The notes beneath the pieces were generated by a model that saw only the letters and a program-made list of their open reading frames with translations, searched no databases and had not been told where the DNA came from. A DNA stretch of 64,000 bases from Squalus acanthias (taxonomy: Eukaryota): the NCBI GenBank assembly GCA_030390025.1, contig CM059432.1, positions 61,940,001-62,004,000 on the forward strand, written 5' to 3'. This document shows, in pieces, positions 13,831 to 26,924 of this stretch (within the stretch, counting starts at the first letter, position 1; each line of letters begins with the position of its first letter). The position numbers and the translations under genes are program-made.

Positions 13831-15054
13831 TGTTAACACAAACCCCCCCCCCAACTGATCAATTTTACCTGTGCTCAAAACTAACCCCCCACACCACAAC
13901 TTAGCAATTTAACTTGGACTTGATTGTTAACTGGAGGAAGAAGGTAAGTTCTGAAACTTAAACAAGATGGCAGTCTATAAAAATGTTCACAAAGCCTACC
14001 AGTAGATGTGCATAGGAATTTGTAATGGGATATATACTTATAGTCTGGGCATGGGGTCTTTTGACTCTGAAATGCAGTTAGATTTACAATGAAATCTTTT
14101 TAAATTATTTTTTTGAGTAAAGGTAGCTTGTTGGTAAATACTTTACAAATAAAATTTGAGTAATTAACATTGGATACCTTGAAGCACTATTGCCTGCTAA
14201 TTTTTGCAATTTATGTATAACCAGTACTAAAATGTAATGGGGAATTTGGTTGCAAATTCAACTCCATGGAGAAGCATTTCCTCTAGCTATAGCAAAATCA
14301 TAAGCCTGTTCATCATTAAAAAAAAGTCTACAATTTCACTACCTAGCGCACACATGAGATCTTCCGCCATGGTCAGAAATACTTTGATTACTAAAGATTA
14401 GTTAAACTTCATTGAAAACAAACTAAAATACCTTACAGAATATCAGAGAAGCTAGCTCCTGAGTGCTTCTACACAGAACATATATAAGCACCTTTTAATG
14501 TAGAAAAATGTCCCAAAGTTCTTTAGAGGCATAATCAGATAAAAATGAACTGACCAAAATGTTGAAACAAACTCACCCTCAAATTCTGGCCCAAGTTGGG
14601 GTTTAAATTTGTTTTCCTCCTTCTGTTCCTAACAATTTCTCAGCCACTGATAGATGAGTGGCCCCTATGATGGCTTTATAGGCAAAGGCATTGCTTGACA
14701 GAGCACTAAGCCATAAGGTGCCAGGTTCAATAGCTGGACTTGGCTGAGTTCACTAATTTTAGCAATTGGAATGTCAAAGTTACCTCCGTATCCATGGAGT
14801 AAGAAAGGGTAAAATCAATCTGCTGTCTCACTCCTGATTCCAATCCGCTGATGCCTGCTTGAAAGTGAATGTACGTGGACATCGGGTGAGTACAGGATCT
14901 GTTCTGTTTTGGCTGTAAAGAGTCTCCCTGGCCTGCTGACATTTGCTCACTGGGCCACTTGGCAAGGTATTGGAAGGTTAGAACATAGAACAGTACAGCA
15001 CAGTACAGGCCCTTCGGCCCTCGATGTTGTGCCGAGCATTGTCCGAGACCAAGA

Positions 15055-17955
15055 TCAAGCTATCACACTCCCTGTCACTCTGGTGTGCTCCATGTGCTTA
15101 TCCAATAACCGCTTGAAAGTTCCTAAAGTGTCCGACTCCACTATCACAGCAGGCAGTCCATTCCACACCCCAACCACTCTCTGAGTAAAGAATCTACCTC
15201 GGACATCCCTTCTATATCTCCCCCCATGCACCTTATAGCTATGCCCCCTTGTAACAGCTGCCTCTACCCGAGGAAATAGTCTCTGAACATCCACTCTATC
15301 TATCCCCCTCATCATCTTATAAACCTCTATTAAGTCGCCTCTCATCCTCCTCCGCTCTAAAGAGAAAAGCCCCAACTCCCTCAATCTTTCCTCATAAGAC
15401 CTCCCCCCCAAACCAGGCAGCATCCTGGTAAATCTCCTTTGCACTCTTTCCAATGCTTCCACGTCCTTCCTATAGTGAGGTGACCAGAACTGCACACAAT
15501 ATTCCAAATGTGGTCTGACCAAGGTCCTGTACAGTTGCAGCATAACCTCACGGTTCTTAAACTCAAACCCTCTGTTAATAAACGCCAACACACCATAGGC
15601 CTTCTTTACTGCTCTATCCACTTGAGTGGCAACCTTCAGAGATCTGTGGATATGAACCCCCAGATCCCTCTGCTCCTCCACGTTCCTCAGAACCCTGCCG
15701 TTGACCCTGTAATCCTTATTCAAATTTGCCCTACCAAAATGAATCACCTCGCACTTATCAGGGTTAAATTCCATCTGCCATTTTTCGGCCCAGCTCTGCA
15801 TCCTATCAATGTCTCTTTGCAGCCTACAACTGCCCTCCACCTCATCCACTACTCCACCAATCTTGGTGTCATCAGCAAATTTACTGATCCACCCTTCAGT
15901 CCCCTCCTCCAAGTCATTGATAAAAATCACAAACAGCAGAGGACCCAGCACCGACCCCTGTGGCACACCGCTGGTAACTGGTCTCCAGTCCGAAAATGTT
16001 CCATCCACCACCACCCTCTGCCTTCTATGAGATAGCCAGTTACTTATCCAATCGGCCAAATTTCCCTCTATCCCACAACTCCTTACTTTCTTCATGAGCC
16101 GACCATGGGGAACCTTATCAAACGCCTTACTAAAATCCATGTATACGACATCAACTGCTCTACCTTCATCTACACACTTAGTTACCTCCTCAAAGAATTC
16201 AATCAAATTTGTTAGGCAAGACTTACCCTTCACGAATCCGTGTTGACTATCCCTGATTAAGTTGCCCCTTTCCAAATGGTCATAAATCCTATCCCTCAGG
16301 ACCGTTTCCATTATCTTACCAACCACCGAAGTAAGACTAACCGGCCTATAATTACCAGGGTCATTCCTATTTCCTTTCTTGAAGAGAGGAACAACATTCG
16401 CCACTCTCCAGTCCTCTGGCACCATCCCCGTGGACAGTGAGGACCCAAAGATCAAAGCCAGAAGCTCTGCAATCTCCTCCCTTGCCTCCCAAAGAATCCT
16501 AGGATATATCCCATCTGGCCCAGGGGACTTATCGACCCTCAGGTTCTTCAAAATTGCTAAAACATCTTCCCTCAGAACATCTACCACCTCCAGCCTATCC
16601 ACCTTTATCACACTCTCATCCTCAAGAACATGGCCCCTCTCCTCGGTGAACACTGACGAAAAGTATTCATTCATCACCTCTCCTATCTCTTCTGACTCCA
16701 TGCACAAGTTCCCACTACTGTCCTTGACCGGCCCTACCCTCACCCTGGTCATTCTTTTATTTCTCACATAAGAGTAAAAAGCCTTGGGGTTTTTCTTGAT
16801 CCGACCCGCCAAGGACTTCTCATGCCCCCTCCTAGCTCTCCTAAGCTCTTTTTTTAGCTCATTCCTTGCTACCTTGTACCCCTCAATCGACCCAACTGAA
16901 CCTTGTTTTCTCATCCTTACATACGCTTCCTTTTTCCTCTTGACTAGACATTCAACCTCTTTTGTGAACCATGGTTCTCTCACTCGGCCATTTCCTCCCT
17001 GCCTGACAGGGACATACCTATCAAGGACACGCAGTAATTGCTCCATGAAAAAGCTCCACTTTTCGTTTGTGCCTTTCCCTGATAGTTTCTGTTCCCATCT
17101 TATACTCCCTAATTCTTGCCTAATCGCATCATAATTACCCCTCCCCCAATTATAAACCCTGCCCTGCCGTATGGCCCTATCCCTCTCCATTGCAATAGTG
17201 AAAGTTACCGAATTGTGGTCACTATCTCCAAAGTGCTCTCCCACATACAAATCAAACACTTGGCCCGGTTCATTACCCAGTACCAAATCCAACGTGGCCC
17301 CACCTCTTGTCGGCCTATCCACATATTGTGTCAGGAAACCCTCCTGCACACTGTGCAAAAACTATCCCATCCGAACTGTTTGACCTATAAAGGTTCCAAT
17401 CAATATTTGGAAAGTTGAAGTCACCCATGACAACTACTCTGTGACCTCCACACCTATTCATAATCTGCTTTGCAATTTCTTCCTCCACATCTTTATTACT
17501 ATTTGGGGGCCTGTAGAAAACTCCTAACAACGTGACCGCTCCTTTCCTATTTCTAACTTCAGCCCATATTACCTCAGACGGCAGATCCCCCTCGAACTGC
17601 CTTTCTGCCGCTGTTAAACTATCCTTGATTAACAATGCTACTCCTCCACCTTTCTTACCAACTTCCCTACTCTTACTGAAACATCTATACCCCGGAACTT
17701 CCAACAACCATTCCTGTCCCTGTTCTAACCATGTCTCCGTAATGGCCACCACATCGTAGTCCCAAGTACCAATCCACGCTCCAAGTTCTCCTACCTTATT
17801 CCGGATGCTCCTTGCATTGAAGTAGACACACTTCAAGCCATCTTCCTGTCTGCCGGTACATTCCTGCGACCTTGATACCCTCCTCAGTACCTCCCTACAC
17901 TCACCACTGGCTCGTGGACTACAGCCCTTTTTCCCATCCCCCAGACAAATTAGTT
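15055..17955 (-). pseudogene. CR1 ORF2p (APE endonuclease + reverse transcriptase), one apparent frameshift near 17355
   Basis: NARSIRNK, ITETW, YRPPN, GDFN (EN); [37 protein letters not shown] (RT). ORF track shows two overlapping segments (17315-18070, 15055-17358). Confidence 0.92.
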
Positions 17956-18876
17956 TAAACCCCCCCGAAGAGCCGTAGCAAATTTCCCTCCCAGGATATT
18001 GGTGCCCCTCTGGTTCAGGTGCAAACCGTCCTGTTTGTACAGGTCCCACCTTCCCCAGAATGTGCTCCAATTATCCACATAACTGAAACCCTCCCCCCTA
18101 CACCATCCCTGCAGCCACGTGTTTATCTGCACTCTCTCCCTGTTCCTCAACTCGCTAGCACGTGGCACCGGCAACAAACCAGAAATTACAACATGGTTTG
18201 TACTGGCTCTCAGCTTCCAACCTAGCTCCCTAAATTCCTGTTTTAAATTCCCGTGCCTTCTCCTACCTATGTCGTTGGTACCGATGTGTACCACGACTTG
18301 TGATTGTTCCCCTTCCCCTTTGAGGATTCTGAAAACACGGTCCGAGACGTCACGGACCCTGGCACCCGGGAGGCAACATACCATCCGTGAGTCTCTTTTG
18401 CTGCCACAGAACCTCCTATCTGTCCCTCTGACTATTGAGTCCCCAATAACTATTGCTCTGCTGCTCTCCCCCCTTCCCTTCTGAGCCACAGGGACCGACC
18501 CAGCGCCGGAGATCCGGTCACCGTGGCTTACCACTGGTAAGTCGTCCCCCTCAATAGTATTCAAAGCGGTATACCTGTTACTGAGGGGAACGACCACAGA
18601 GGATCCCTGCATTGACTGCTTCCTCCTAGCCCCTCTCACCGTCACCCATCTATCTTCATGCTTTGGAGTAATTACATCCCTGAAGCTTCTATCTATGACC
18701 TCCTCTGCCTCCCGAATGATCCGAAGTTCATCCAGCTCCAGCTCCAGTTCCCTAACACGGTTTTCGAGGAGCTGGAGATGGGTGCACTTCCCACAGGTGT
18801 AATCAGCAGGGACACCTACGGCGTCCCTCACCTCAAACATTCTGCAGGAGGAACATTTCACTGCCTCCCCTGCCAT
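17950..18876 (-). CDS. CR1 ORF1p: zinc finger + leucine zipper + SGNH/GDSL esterase domain
   Basis: CSSC...CGKC, heptad LENRVRELELELDEL, IVIGDSIVRG, HIGTNDIG, DGLHLN; open 308 codons. Confidence 0.92.
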   Translation of the reverse strand: MAGEAVKCSSCRMFEVRDAVGVPADYTCGKCTHLQLLENRVRELELELDELRIIREAEEVIDRSFRDVITPKHEDRWVTVRGARRKQSMQGSSVVVPLSNRYTALNTIEGDDLPVVSHGDRISGAGSVPVAQKGRGESSRAIVIGDSIVRGTDRRFCGSKRDSRMVCCLPGARVRDVSDRVFRILKGEGEQSQVVVHIGTNDIGRRRHGNLKQEFRELGWKLRASTNHVVISGLLPVPRASELRNRERVQINTWLQGWCRGEGFSYVDNWSTFWGRWDLYKQDGLHLNQRGTNILGGKFATALRGGLN

Positions 18877-20999
18877 CCCCTCCAGCTAACTTGCAGATTA
18901 AACTAGAACAAAAAAGAGCTTACCTGATAGTCACTCACCTCCTTTAGGTTAGAGGAGGAGGAAGGGTGGGGGACACTACAAGTGTAGTGTCTCGGGTTTA
19001 GGAACCGCCCAACTTATATACAGGTAAAAATTACTCACCTACCCAGCAACCACTGCGTCCCGCACTTTAAAAGCCTCTGTGGGCCTACCTGATCGCCGCC
19101 GCCTCTTAAGTCCTCCGCCTCGCCGCAGCCGCACCACCCAGGTCCGCCGCCTCTGTGGGCCTACCTGGTTGCCAGCACCCTTGATACCTTATCGCAGTCA
19201 GAGGCCGCAATCTCAGAAGAAGAGGAAAAGTTGAAGAAAAGTAGATAGTGTATTCAGATATTTGATATTCACGAGATACGTGGCAATTTGGTTGTAAAGT
19301 GACCTTTCATGTAAATGGCCTGGTTTGTTCCATTCTTTTTCATAAGCTCTTGCTTTTCTGGGTAAGAAAACCATGGATGACTTCATGACTGTTATTGCAT
19401 TGTTAATGTAGAATTATTACCACAAATGTTTTAACAGTGGCTGAAGCACAATTTTACTTGATGTTTCTTTTATAACCCGTAACCAGCAATTCATGAAGGA
19501 AGTTTAACGACTGTGCTGTTCTGCTAATCTTTACCTATTGCAAAGAATTTATTTATATGGCTGAAAAGTCAACGGTTTGGAGAGATTCCAGCTTATGAAA
19601 AATTTGTTACTTTTGGAACAGCCCAATAATCCAGATATCTCTATTGTAATTGAGTTTTGTCCATTGTCTGTTTTGCTCAGTTTTGGCATTTGCACCCAGT
19701 GACGGAATGAAGGAGCAGGAGAGAAATGTTGGCCCGTAATTCGTGGTCAGCGGCGAAGAAAAGATGTTCGCTGCTGGCCCTGAAGTAAACTTCCATCAAA
19801 GATCTTGCGATCTCTGTGGCGAGAAGTTTGGCTTTTCCAACGTGTCATTGAAATCAGTGCAAGTTAATGGGGAATCCCTAACGCGAGCTGCTGTGATGTC
19901 AAGCTGTCTAAGCAGCCAATCATAATGCAGAATTCTTGCAGACAGTAAACTTAGGAAGTGAGTAATCTCCTTTGATTCTAACTTTTTAAAAATGTTAAGA
20001 GAGCAAAACAAAGATTGGGGCTTTCACACGGGGAGAAGGTAAACCTGAAAAAAAAGAACAAACTTTTTAAAAAAAAAGTTAAGTTTCTTGATTTAAATTT
20101 TTATTAAAATGGATAAATTTGACGCTACATAAAATTAAAATTCATTTTTCAAAGCCATAACCTTTGCTTAGCAGTCAATAGGCTGTTAAAATCTCAGTTA
20201 CACCTAATCCAAAAGGATCTAACTTTTAATGGGGTAGTTAACAGCGGTATTACTGCGGAAAAGTCGAAGTTTTTGTCAGTTTCCCTGATTTCACAGATTA
20301 CACTGATTGCCGGCTCTGATTTTTGAGGGCGCAGCCAGTGTCGGAGCAGTGAATGACTGATGACAAATTCAGGAATTCCATATTAGGATGCGCATGCGCT
20401 ACATCCTGAAGTTGTGGCCACTTTCAAAGGGGTAATAACAGCGAACGTTTATTTGCCGTAACAGTAGTGTGGAATTTTTAGGTGGTTAGTGCTTTTGTGC
20501 AACATATGGAATGCTGATTTGTGCCTGCCATCTGCGTCATACTGAATTCTCGGCACAGAGGGTCACACTAGATTGTGTTCTTGTACATCATATTTTTTTT
20601 CTTTGGAGCTGTTTTGGTTGCTGCAACAGAACAAATTAACTTGTCCCAAGTGCTGCAGATACTGGAAGGGGGGTGAGGGGAAGAGGTTAATTTGAATAAC
20701 AGTAGTTAAATCAAAAAAAAATTTCCTATCCAAATCATAGAGAAGATTCTTTTTGGTCTGGAATTCTTTGTGGTCCCCTCATTTGGATTGACATTTAATG
20801 CACTTTTAGCATCTGTTTCACCCAATTGGTGAATTACAAGCTAGTAGCAGACTTTATGCCTGCACCCAAAAGAAGAATATTTAATTGCTTATAAAACATA
20901 ACTCATTTACAGCAAAATATTTTGCTGTAAATGCTACCATTTGGCTTTTTTATAAAGAAATTGCTCCATTGACGACAACAGTAAGGGAGCGCAAAGCAC

Positions 21000-21138
21000 T
21001 TTTTTTATTTGTTCATGGGATGTAGGCGTCGCTGGCAAGGCCAGCATTTATTGCCCATCCCTAGTTGCCTTGAGAAGGTGGTGGTGAGCCACCGCCTTGA
21101 ACCACTGCAATCCGTGTGGCGAAGGTACTCCCACAGTG
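21000..21138 (-). mobile_element. 3' tail of the LINE family at 30055-32673
   Basis: Shares gctggcaaggccagcatttattgcccatccct...gaaggtactcccacagtgc with 30089-30197. Confidence 0.75.
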
Positions 21139-22324
21139 CAGCTTCAGTTTGTTTCTGCTGATGTTTGTCGGTTTTGATAGAAACTTTAGTTTCCAGGCAC
21201 TGATCTCTCATGGCACATTTGGTGATCGATTTGTTTGATCTCAAGTATGCGATAGAAATTAAATCTGATAATTGGAGCCATCTAGGGACATGGTTTTTGA
21301 ACCAAAGTCTTAGAAAGCAGTCTGGAGATATAAATACAGTGTGGGAACTCTTAAATGAAAACTTTAATGCACGTGTCTACTTTACAATTTTTTTTTGCAG
21401 TATTTTCTAGCAGTAGGAGAGCAGGAAATCACCAGCTACTCATTCCTATCAACCCTTCCATTGTAACATCTTGTAAGCCACCACTTGCTTTGCTCATGAA
21501 AAAAATCAACCATTTTTAACCTGTTATTTTGTTTTCAGTATAAATAAATTCTGTCAGAAAGCCAACATGCTTTTGACTATAGCTGCCACTTTAATGAGTT
21601 AATGGTCATAATGAGTACGTTAATCCACTGCATCGTCCAATAGTGTGGATAGTGACACTAGGCTACATGACTTCGAGCAGATCAAACAGTGGCACTAGTG
21701 AGTGGGATGCAGGAGTAACAGCACAGTCACGACTCATAAAATGACATCGAAATTGCAACATAGAAACTTGCCGTTGGGCCAAACAAGTCCATGTTGGTGT
21801 TTATGTTCTCCACATGAGCAGTAGTCCTGATTCCAAGCGCCTGCTTAATTCCTATATCTCTCTATTCTCCTTTCCTTCAACTATCTATCTAACCTAACCT
21901 TAAATATTGACATTGTCCCTGTTTCAGCTCTTAACTATTTTATTGCATTCCACAGCATCACATCGTTCTGTATATTTAAAAAAAAAAGTTTCTTCCGCTC
22001 TGTGTCCTAAATCTCAGGCTTTTAGTCTTGTATCTAATCTTATATCCCCTAAATCTAGACCCCTCAACCACTCGAAGCAGTCTGTTCCTATCTACTCTAT
22101 CCCATCCCTTCGTAATGTTTTAACCCCCCATCAAATCACCCTATAGTTTCCTCTGTTCTAATTTTTCAAGTCTGTCTTCATATGTGTATTTCCTCACACC
22201 AGGCAGCGTCCTAGTGAATCTGTGCTGTACCCACTCTCTTGTCTCAACATTAATTCACAGTACTTCCAACTGTGGCCTTACTAAGGTTTTATATAAATTC
22301 ACCACGACATCTTGACCATTGTAT

Positions 22325-25300
22325 GGCCTAGAAATTCCAGTACGCCAAAAACTTGCCGGTGCCACCGCGGGCCACAGTTAACTGCCATCTGAATTCATAG
22401 CGCAGGCAGCACTGGTATTTTAGTGCTGCTTGCTCATTTAAATTAATGCAACACTAAACTTAGCTCTTTTTCCGGCGCTACTCTCAGCGGGAGGCCCAAT
22501 GTAGCGTGGCCGAAGCATCCCTGAAGCAAGAACAGCATTATCTTAAAGCTAGCCTGTCATTTTAGAAAGCCCTTAAAGGGGAACCACCTTCTAAAATGAA
22601 AAAAATTAAAATAATTTAAAAATAGGCAGTTTTTAGCCCAGAGCTCAACTTCAAAAAAAAATAAACATTAAAAATAATTCCCAAATGGCAGTCTTCAGCT
22701 TGTAAAGCTGAATTGCCTTCCACATCTTAAAAAAAAAAAGGTAAAAGTGCTTCAGCTCTAACACAAATGGCTCAACAAGCCAGGGAAGGAGGCATCCAGG
22801 GTCTCGCACACAGCACTCCAGCTTTGTGTGCAGGGGTCGACACTGCAAGAGAGATCCTCTACCCACAGGAGACCCTCAAGAAAGAAGGATGTGGGACTAG
22901 ATCACCAAGGCAGTCACTGCCAGCAGTATCGCCCGCCACGACCTGGCTCCAGTGCCCACAGAAGCTTCATGACCTCAGACCAATGGTCAAGGTCAGTGAA
23001 TGCATCTTCAAAAGTCGCCTCCTACTAACTGCACCACGAGCATCGCACACTGCTCATTGCATGACCGCGCCCCGCCCCCCCCACAAACAGCCATCATTCA
23101 CCTACCAACAATCTCTACCAAACACGAGGCACACCTCCCATTCCTAGCTTCACCTCACCCCCTTGGAGGAGACGGTGCTGGCCATTCTTGTCAGAAGCAT
23201 GGCTGAGCCCTTGGCCAGCGGTGGGGCTGAAAGGATACAAGATGCTGGTATCCTCATACGTTATCCTCCTTCTGGCCTCTTGCTTTCCCGCCCTCCCCTC
23301 ACCACAACTCCATTCTTGTGCCTTCCTCATTTCACACACACAAGAAATGCAGCCTGCCTAGCCAGTGGTTGACCAAGAAGAGGGAGAGGAAAGAGAAGAA
23401 ACACCGTCACTCATTTTGACACTCCCAGCCACCAGCTCCTCTAAGTCGTCCTGCAAGGCCATTTGCAGTGTCCCTCACAAAGTCAGCAGCCTTCCACCAA
23501 CCATGCTACAGCCACTGGGGTAGGACTGTGTGACATCAGTAGGATAGGCAAAGGCACACAAGACAGTCACTAAAAGAATGCATAAGGGTGATTAGTTAAT
23601 TTCTTAATGTCCTATTGGATGGATAGATATATAAAGTTGGATTGGGAAGTTTGCTTTGTGGTGGCTTTTATTTCATTGTTTTGGCCACGAGGATGCTGTG
23701 ATGGTCAGTAACAGAGGGAAGGTAAGTATGGGACAAATGTTGAAAGCGGAACTGATAATGCAGGCGGATGATTCCATTCCAGATATCGCAGCCAGAAAGG
23801 GGCTGTCTGGTTTGCATCCTTTCTTCCTTGTCCTCCTCTTCTGCGTCTTCCTATTCTGCCTTTTCCTCTTCCCTCTCTGAGCGGATGGAAATGTGAAATA
23901 AAAGCAGAAAATCCTGGAAATACTCAGCAGGTCAAGCAGCATTTCGGCCTGAGACGTGAACCCTGTTTCTCTCTCCACGCATGCTGCCTGACCTACTGAG
24001 TATTTCTAGCATTTTCTGTCTTCTCGGAGGCCTTCCTTTACCATCCGAGGCCTTGCAAGCATCCAGAAGCACTCCCTGCACATTTTTAAAACTTTTAACA
24101 GCTATTGCACTAAGCCACTACTTAAATAAAATATAAAAGATCCAGTCCAGAATGCTTAAATCCAAACTTAACTGAAAGATGCATGTGTCCCTTTTAAGTA
24201 TAAGAACATAAGAAATAAGAGCAGGAGTAGGCCATACGGCCCCTCGAGCCTGCTCCGCCATTCAATAAGATCATGGCTGATCATCGACCTCAACTCCACT
24301 TTCCCACCTGATCTCCATATCCCTTGATTCCCCTAAAGTCCAAAAATCAATCTATCTCAGCCTTGAATATACTCAAAGACTCAGAATTCACAGCCCTCTG
24401 GGGCAGAGAATTCCAAAAATTCACAACCCTCTGAGTAAAGAAAATCCTCCTCATCTCGGTCTTAAATGGCCTACCCCTTAAACTGAGACTGTGCCCCCTA
24501 GTTCTAGACACTCCAGCCAGGGGAAACAACCTCTCCGCATCTACCCTGTCAATCCCCTTCAGAATCTTGTATGTTTCAATGAGATCACCTCTCATTCTTC
24601 TAAACTCCAGAGAGGTCGGACCAGTGTTTTTAAAAGTTCATCATAACTTCCTTGCTTTTGTACTCTCTGCCTCTATTTATGAAGCCCAGGATCCCGTATG
24701 CTTTCTCAACCTGCACTGCCACCTTCAACGATTTGTGCAAATATACCCCCAGGTCTCGCTGTTCAGGCACCCCTCTTTAGAATTGTGCCCTTTAGTTTAT
24801 ATTGCCTCTCCTCGTTCTTCCGACCAAAATGTAGAGGTGAACTAATTGCACCCAGCCAGATTCAGTTCCTTCTGGAGAGAAGGGGAGTCACAAAATCCCA
24901 AACGATGTAATGAATGTTTTTAGACAGTAAGGATGAAGGGAGAGTGTGTAGAATGGGGAATTTACAGGTTAGGAGTGTCAGGAGGGAAAATAATGTTGTA
25001 TAAAAACTAGATTTGTCTGTTCTGAAGTTCTATCCTGTTGTAAACACCATTTGAGGGTATTGGAACGGAAGAATCTGCAGATGGAAACTGAATCCAGACA
25101 TTGCGTCAAGATCTGACAGATACATCGGATTTATCAGGACCTGAATATCATCGGCCTTTGGATATAGAAGAAAAAAGCACCAATCACAGTGGAGAGCACT
25201 GAGATCATCTCTGTAGGTCTGCTGCACGCTCGCTTTTCTGAGCAAGCTTGTGATCCGTATTAAAGTCAGCGCAAAGGTCGAAGTTTGCAGAGCATGGCGT

Positions 25301-25478
25301 TAAGTCGGCGTGCAACATAACGCTCTGCTGATTTATATTTCCAGGGCCAGCGCTGCTAACGGCAGCGTTAAGGCCCTCACCAAAATGGCGGTCGCCGAGT
25401 CCCGCGCCAGAGGCGGATGTTTTTTTTTTAAAGAAACATGCCTTAACGAAGAGCACTAAGTCAGCGAATTTCTAGGCC
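22325..25478. mobile_element. Non-autonomous Harbinger derivative with nested CR1 and PLE insertions
   Basis: Perfect 13-bp TIR ggcctagaaattc / gaatttctaggcc; TSD TAT on both sides; decayed Myb-like ORF from 22767 (GVDTAREILYP...TWLQCPQKLHDL). Interrupts an older CR1 remnant. Confidence 0.8.
24203..24613 (-). mobile_element. CR1 LINE 3' fragment nested in the Harbinger derivative
   Basis: MRGDLIETYKILKGIDRVDAERLFPL ORF plus CR1 tail. Confidence 0.85.
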
Positions 25479-26924
25479 TATATCTTTTGACATAGAACCA
25501 GTATTTCATCAGCTTTTTTATAGCCTTTTCCACTTAAGTGGCTGATTTAAATTTCTTGTGAATCTGAACCCCCAAAACCTCTACTCTTCCACATCACCCA
25601 GCTTTCCCTCATTCAAAGCTTTTTTTTTATAACCAAAATGTATCGCCTCACATTTACTGACATTGTATTCCCTCTGCCACATTTTTGCCTATTCCACCAT
25701 CTTATCAATATCCCCTTGCAGCTTCCTTTGTTTCCCACATTACAACAGTGACTGCACTTCAAAAGTACGTCATTGGCTATAAAGCGCTTTGAGACGTCCG
25801 GTGGTCGTGAAAAGCGCTATATAAATGCAAGTCTTTCTTAATTATTTACTGTGCCTCCTATTTTAGTATTGTTTGCAGGTTGGATACCACTCCCCCAAGC
25901 CTTATTTCCAAATCATTGACCTACCCAGTGAACAGAAGAGATCCCAGAACAGGACCCTGCTACGCATTTCAAAACATTGAGAAACTGCCCTTAACTCCTA
26001 CTCTCTCTTTCCTTCCTTATAACCAGTTTTTAATCCAATTTACTACCCTCCTCCTAATTCCACATCCTTTAATGTTGTCCAATAGTCTCCTGTGTGAGGT
26101 ACCTTGTCAAAGACCTCCTGAATGTCCATGTACACCATATCCACTGCACTACCCCCATCCACCATATCTGTCACTTCCTCCAAGACCACCTCCAGGTTGG
26201 TCATGCATGATGTTCATTCTGAAATCCGAGTTGGCTGCTTTTAATTATTTTCTCCTCATCTAGATATTTAGTAATTTCATCTTTAAAAAATGTTTCCTAT
26301 CACTATCAGTTAAACTAACTGGCCTGTAATTACCCGGGTTAGCTCTGCCTCCCTTTTTGAAAATGAGTATTAAGTTGGCCACTCTCCAGTCCTCCAGCAC
26401 ACATCCACTCTCAATAAAACCTTGAAATATCATTTCTAGGGCTCTGTTATTTCTTCCCCTATTTCTCTCCCTATCCTTGTATGCACCACATCAGGTTCTG
26501 GCACTTTGTCCTCCATTAGCTTAATTAACTTCTCTAATACGCTACTTTTATTCTCATCTTGCTTTTAGCCATGTCAGTTTACCTCCTCCCCAATATCCTC
26601 CTTGGAGCAGGCAAGGATGCTACAATGCTGAAGCAAAGGTTGGGAGCATTGTGACGCTGTGTGGAACACTGGGGGATTCTTTAGCCAAATATTAGAAAAA
26701 TGCAAAGGACTAATGAATTTGAGCCAAGTTACTAGCCTCACTTTAACAAAGGGAACATGGATAATATCCTTTTAAAGTCAGCGTGGCATACTGGTGTTCT
26801 TAAATAAAAAATCTCAGCTTAAAGTAATATTTTAGTTTCATTTGCTGTTACAACATTAAATATTTGGTATATGATCACCTCTTTTTACAGTACACGAAGA
26901 AGAGCTTGCACTTTTATTATAAGT

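Larger units (their letters stand above)
14980..19166 (-). mobile_element. Full-length CR1 LINE (5'UTR, ORF1, ORF2, 3' tail)
   Basis: GC-rich 5'UTR with an internal repeat (gcctctgtgggcctacctg x2), intact ORF1, ORF2 with APE and RT, (TTCTATG)-type tail; possible 4-bp TSD ggtt (14976-14979 / 19167-19170). Confidence 0.95.
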
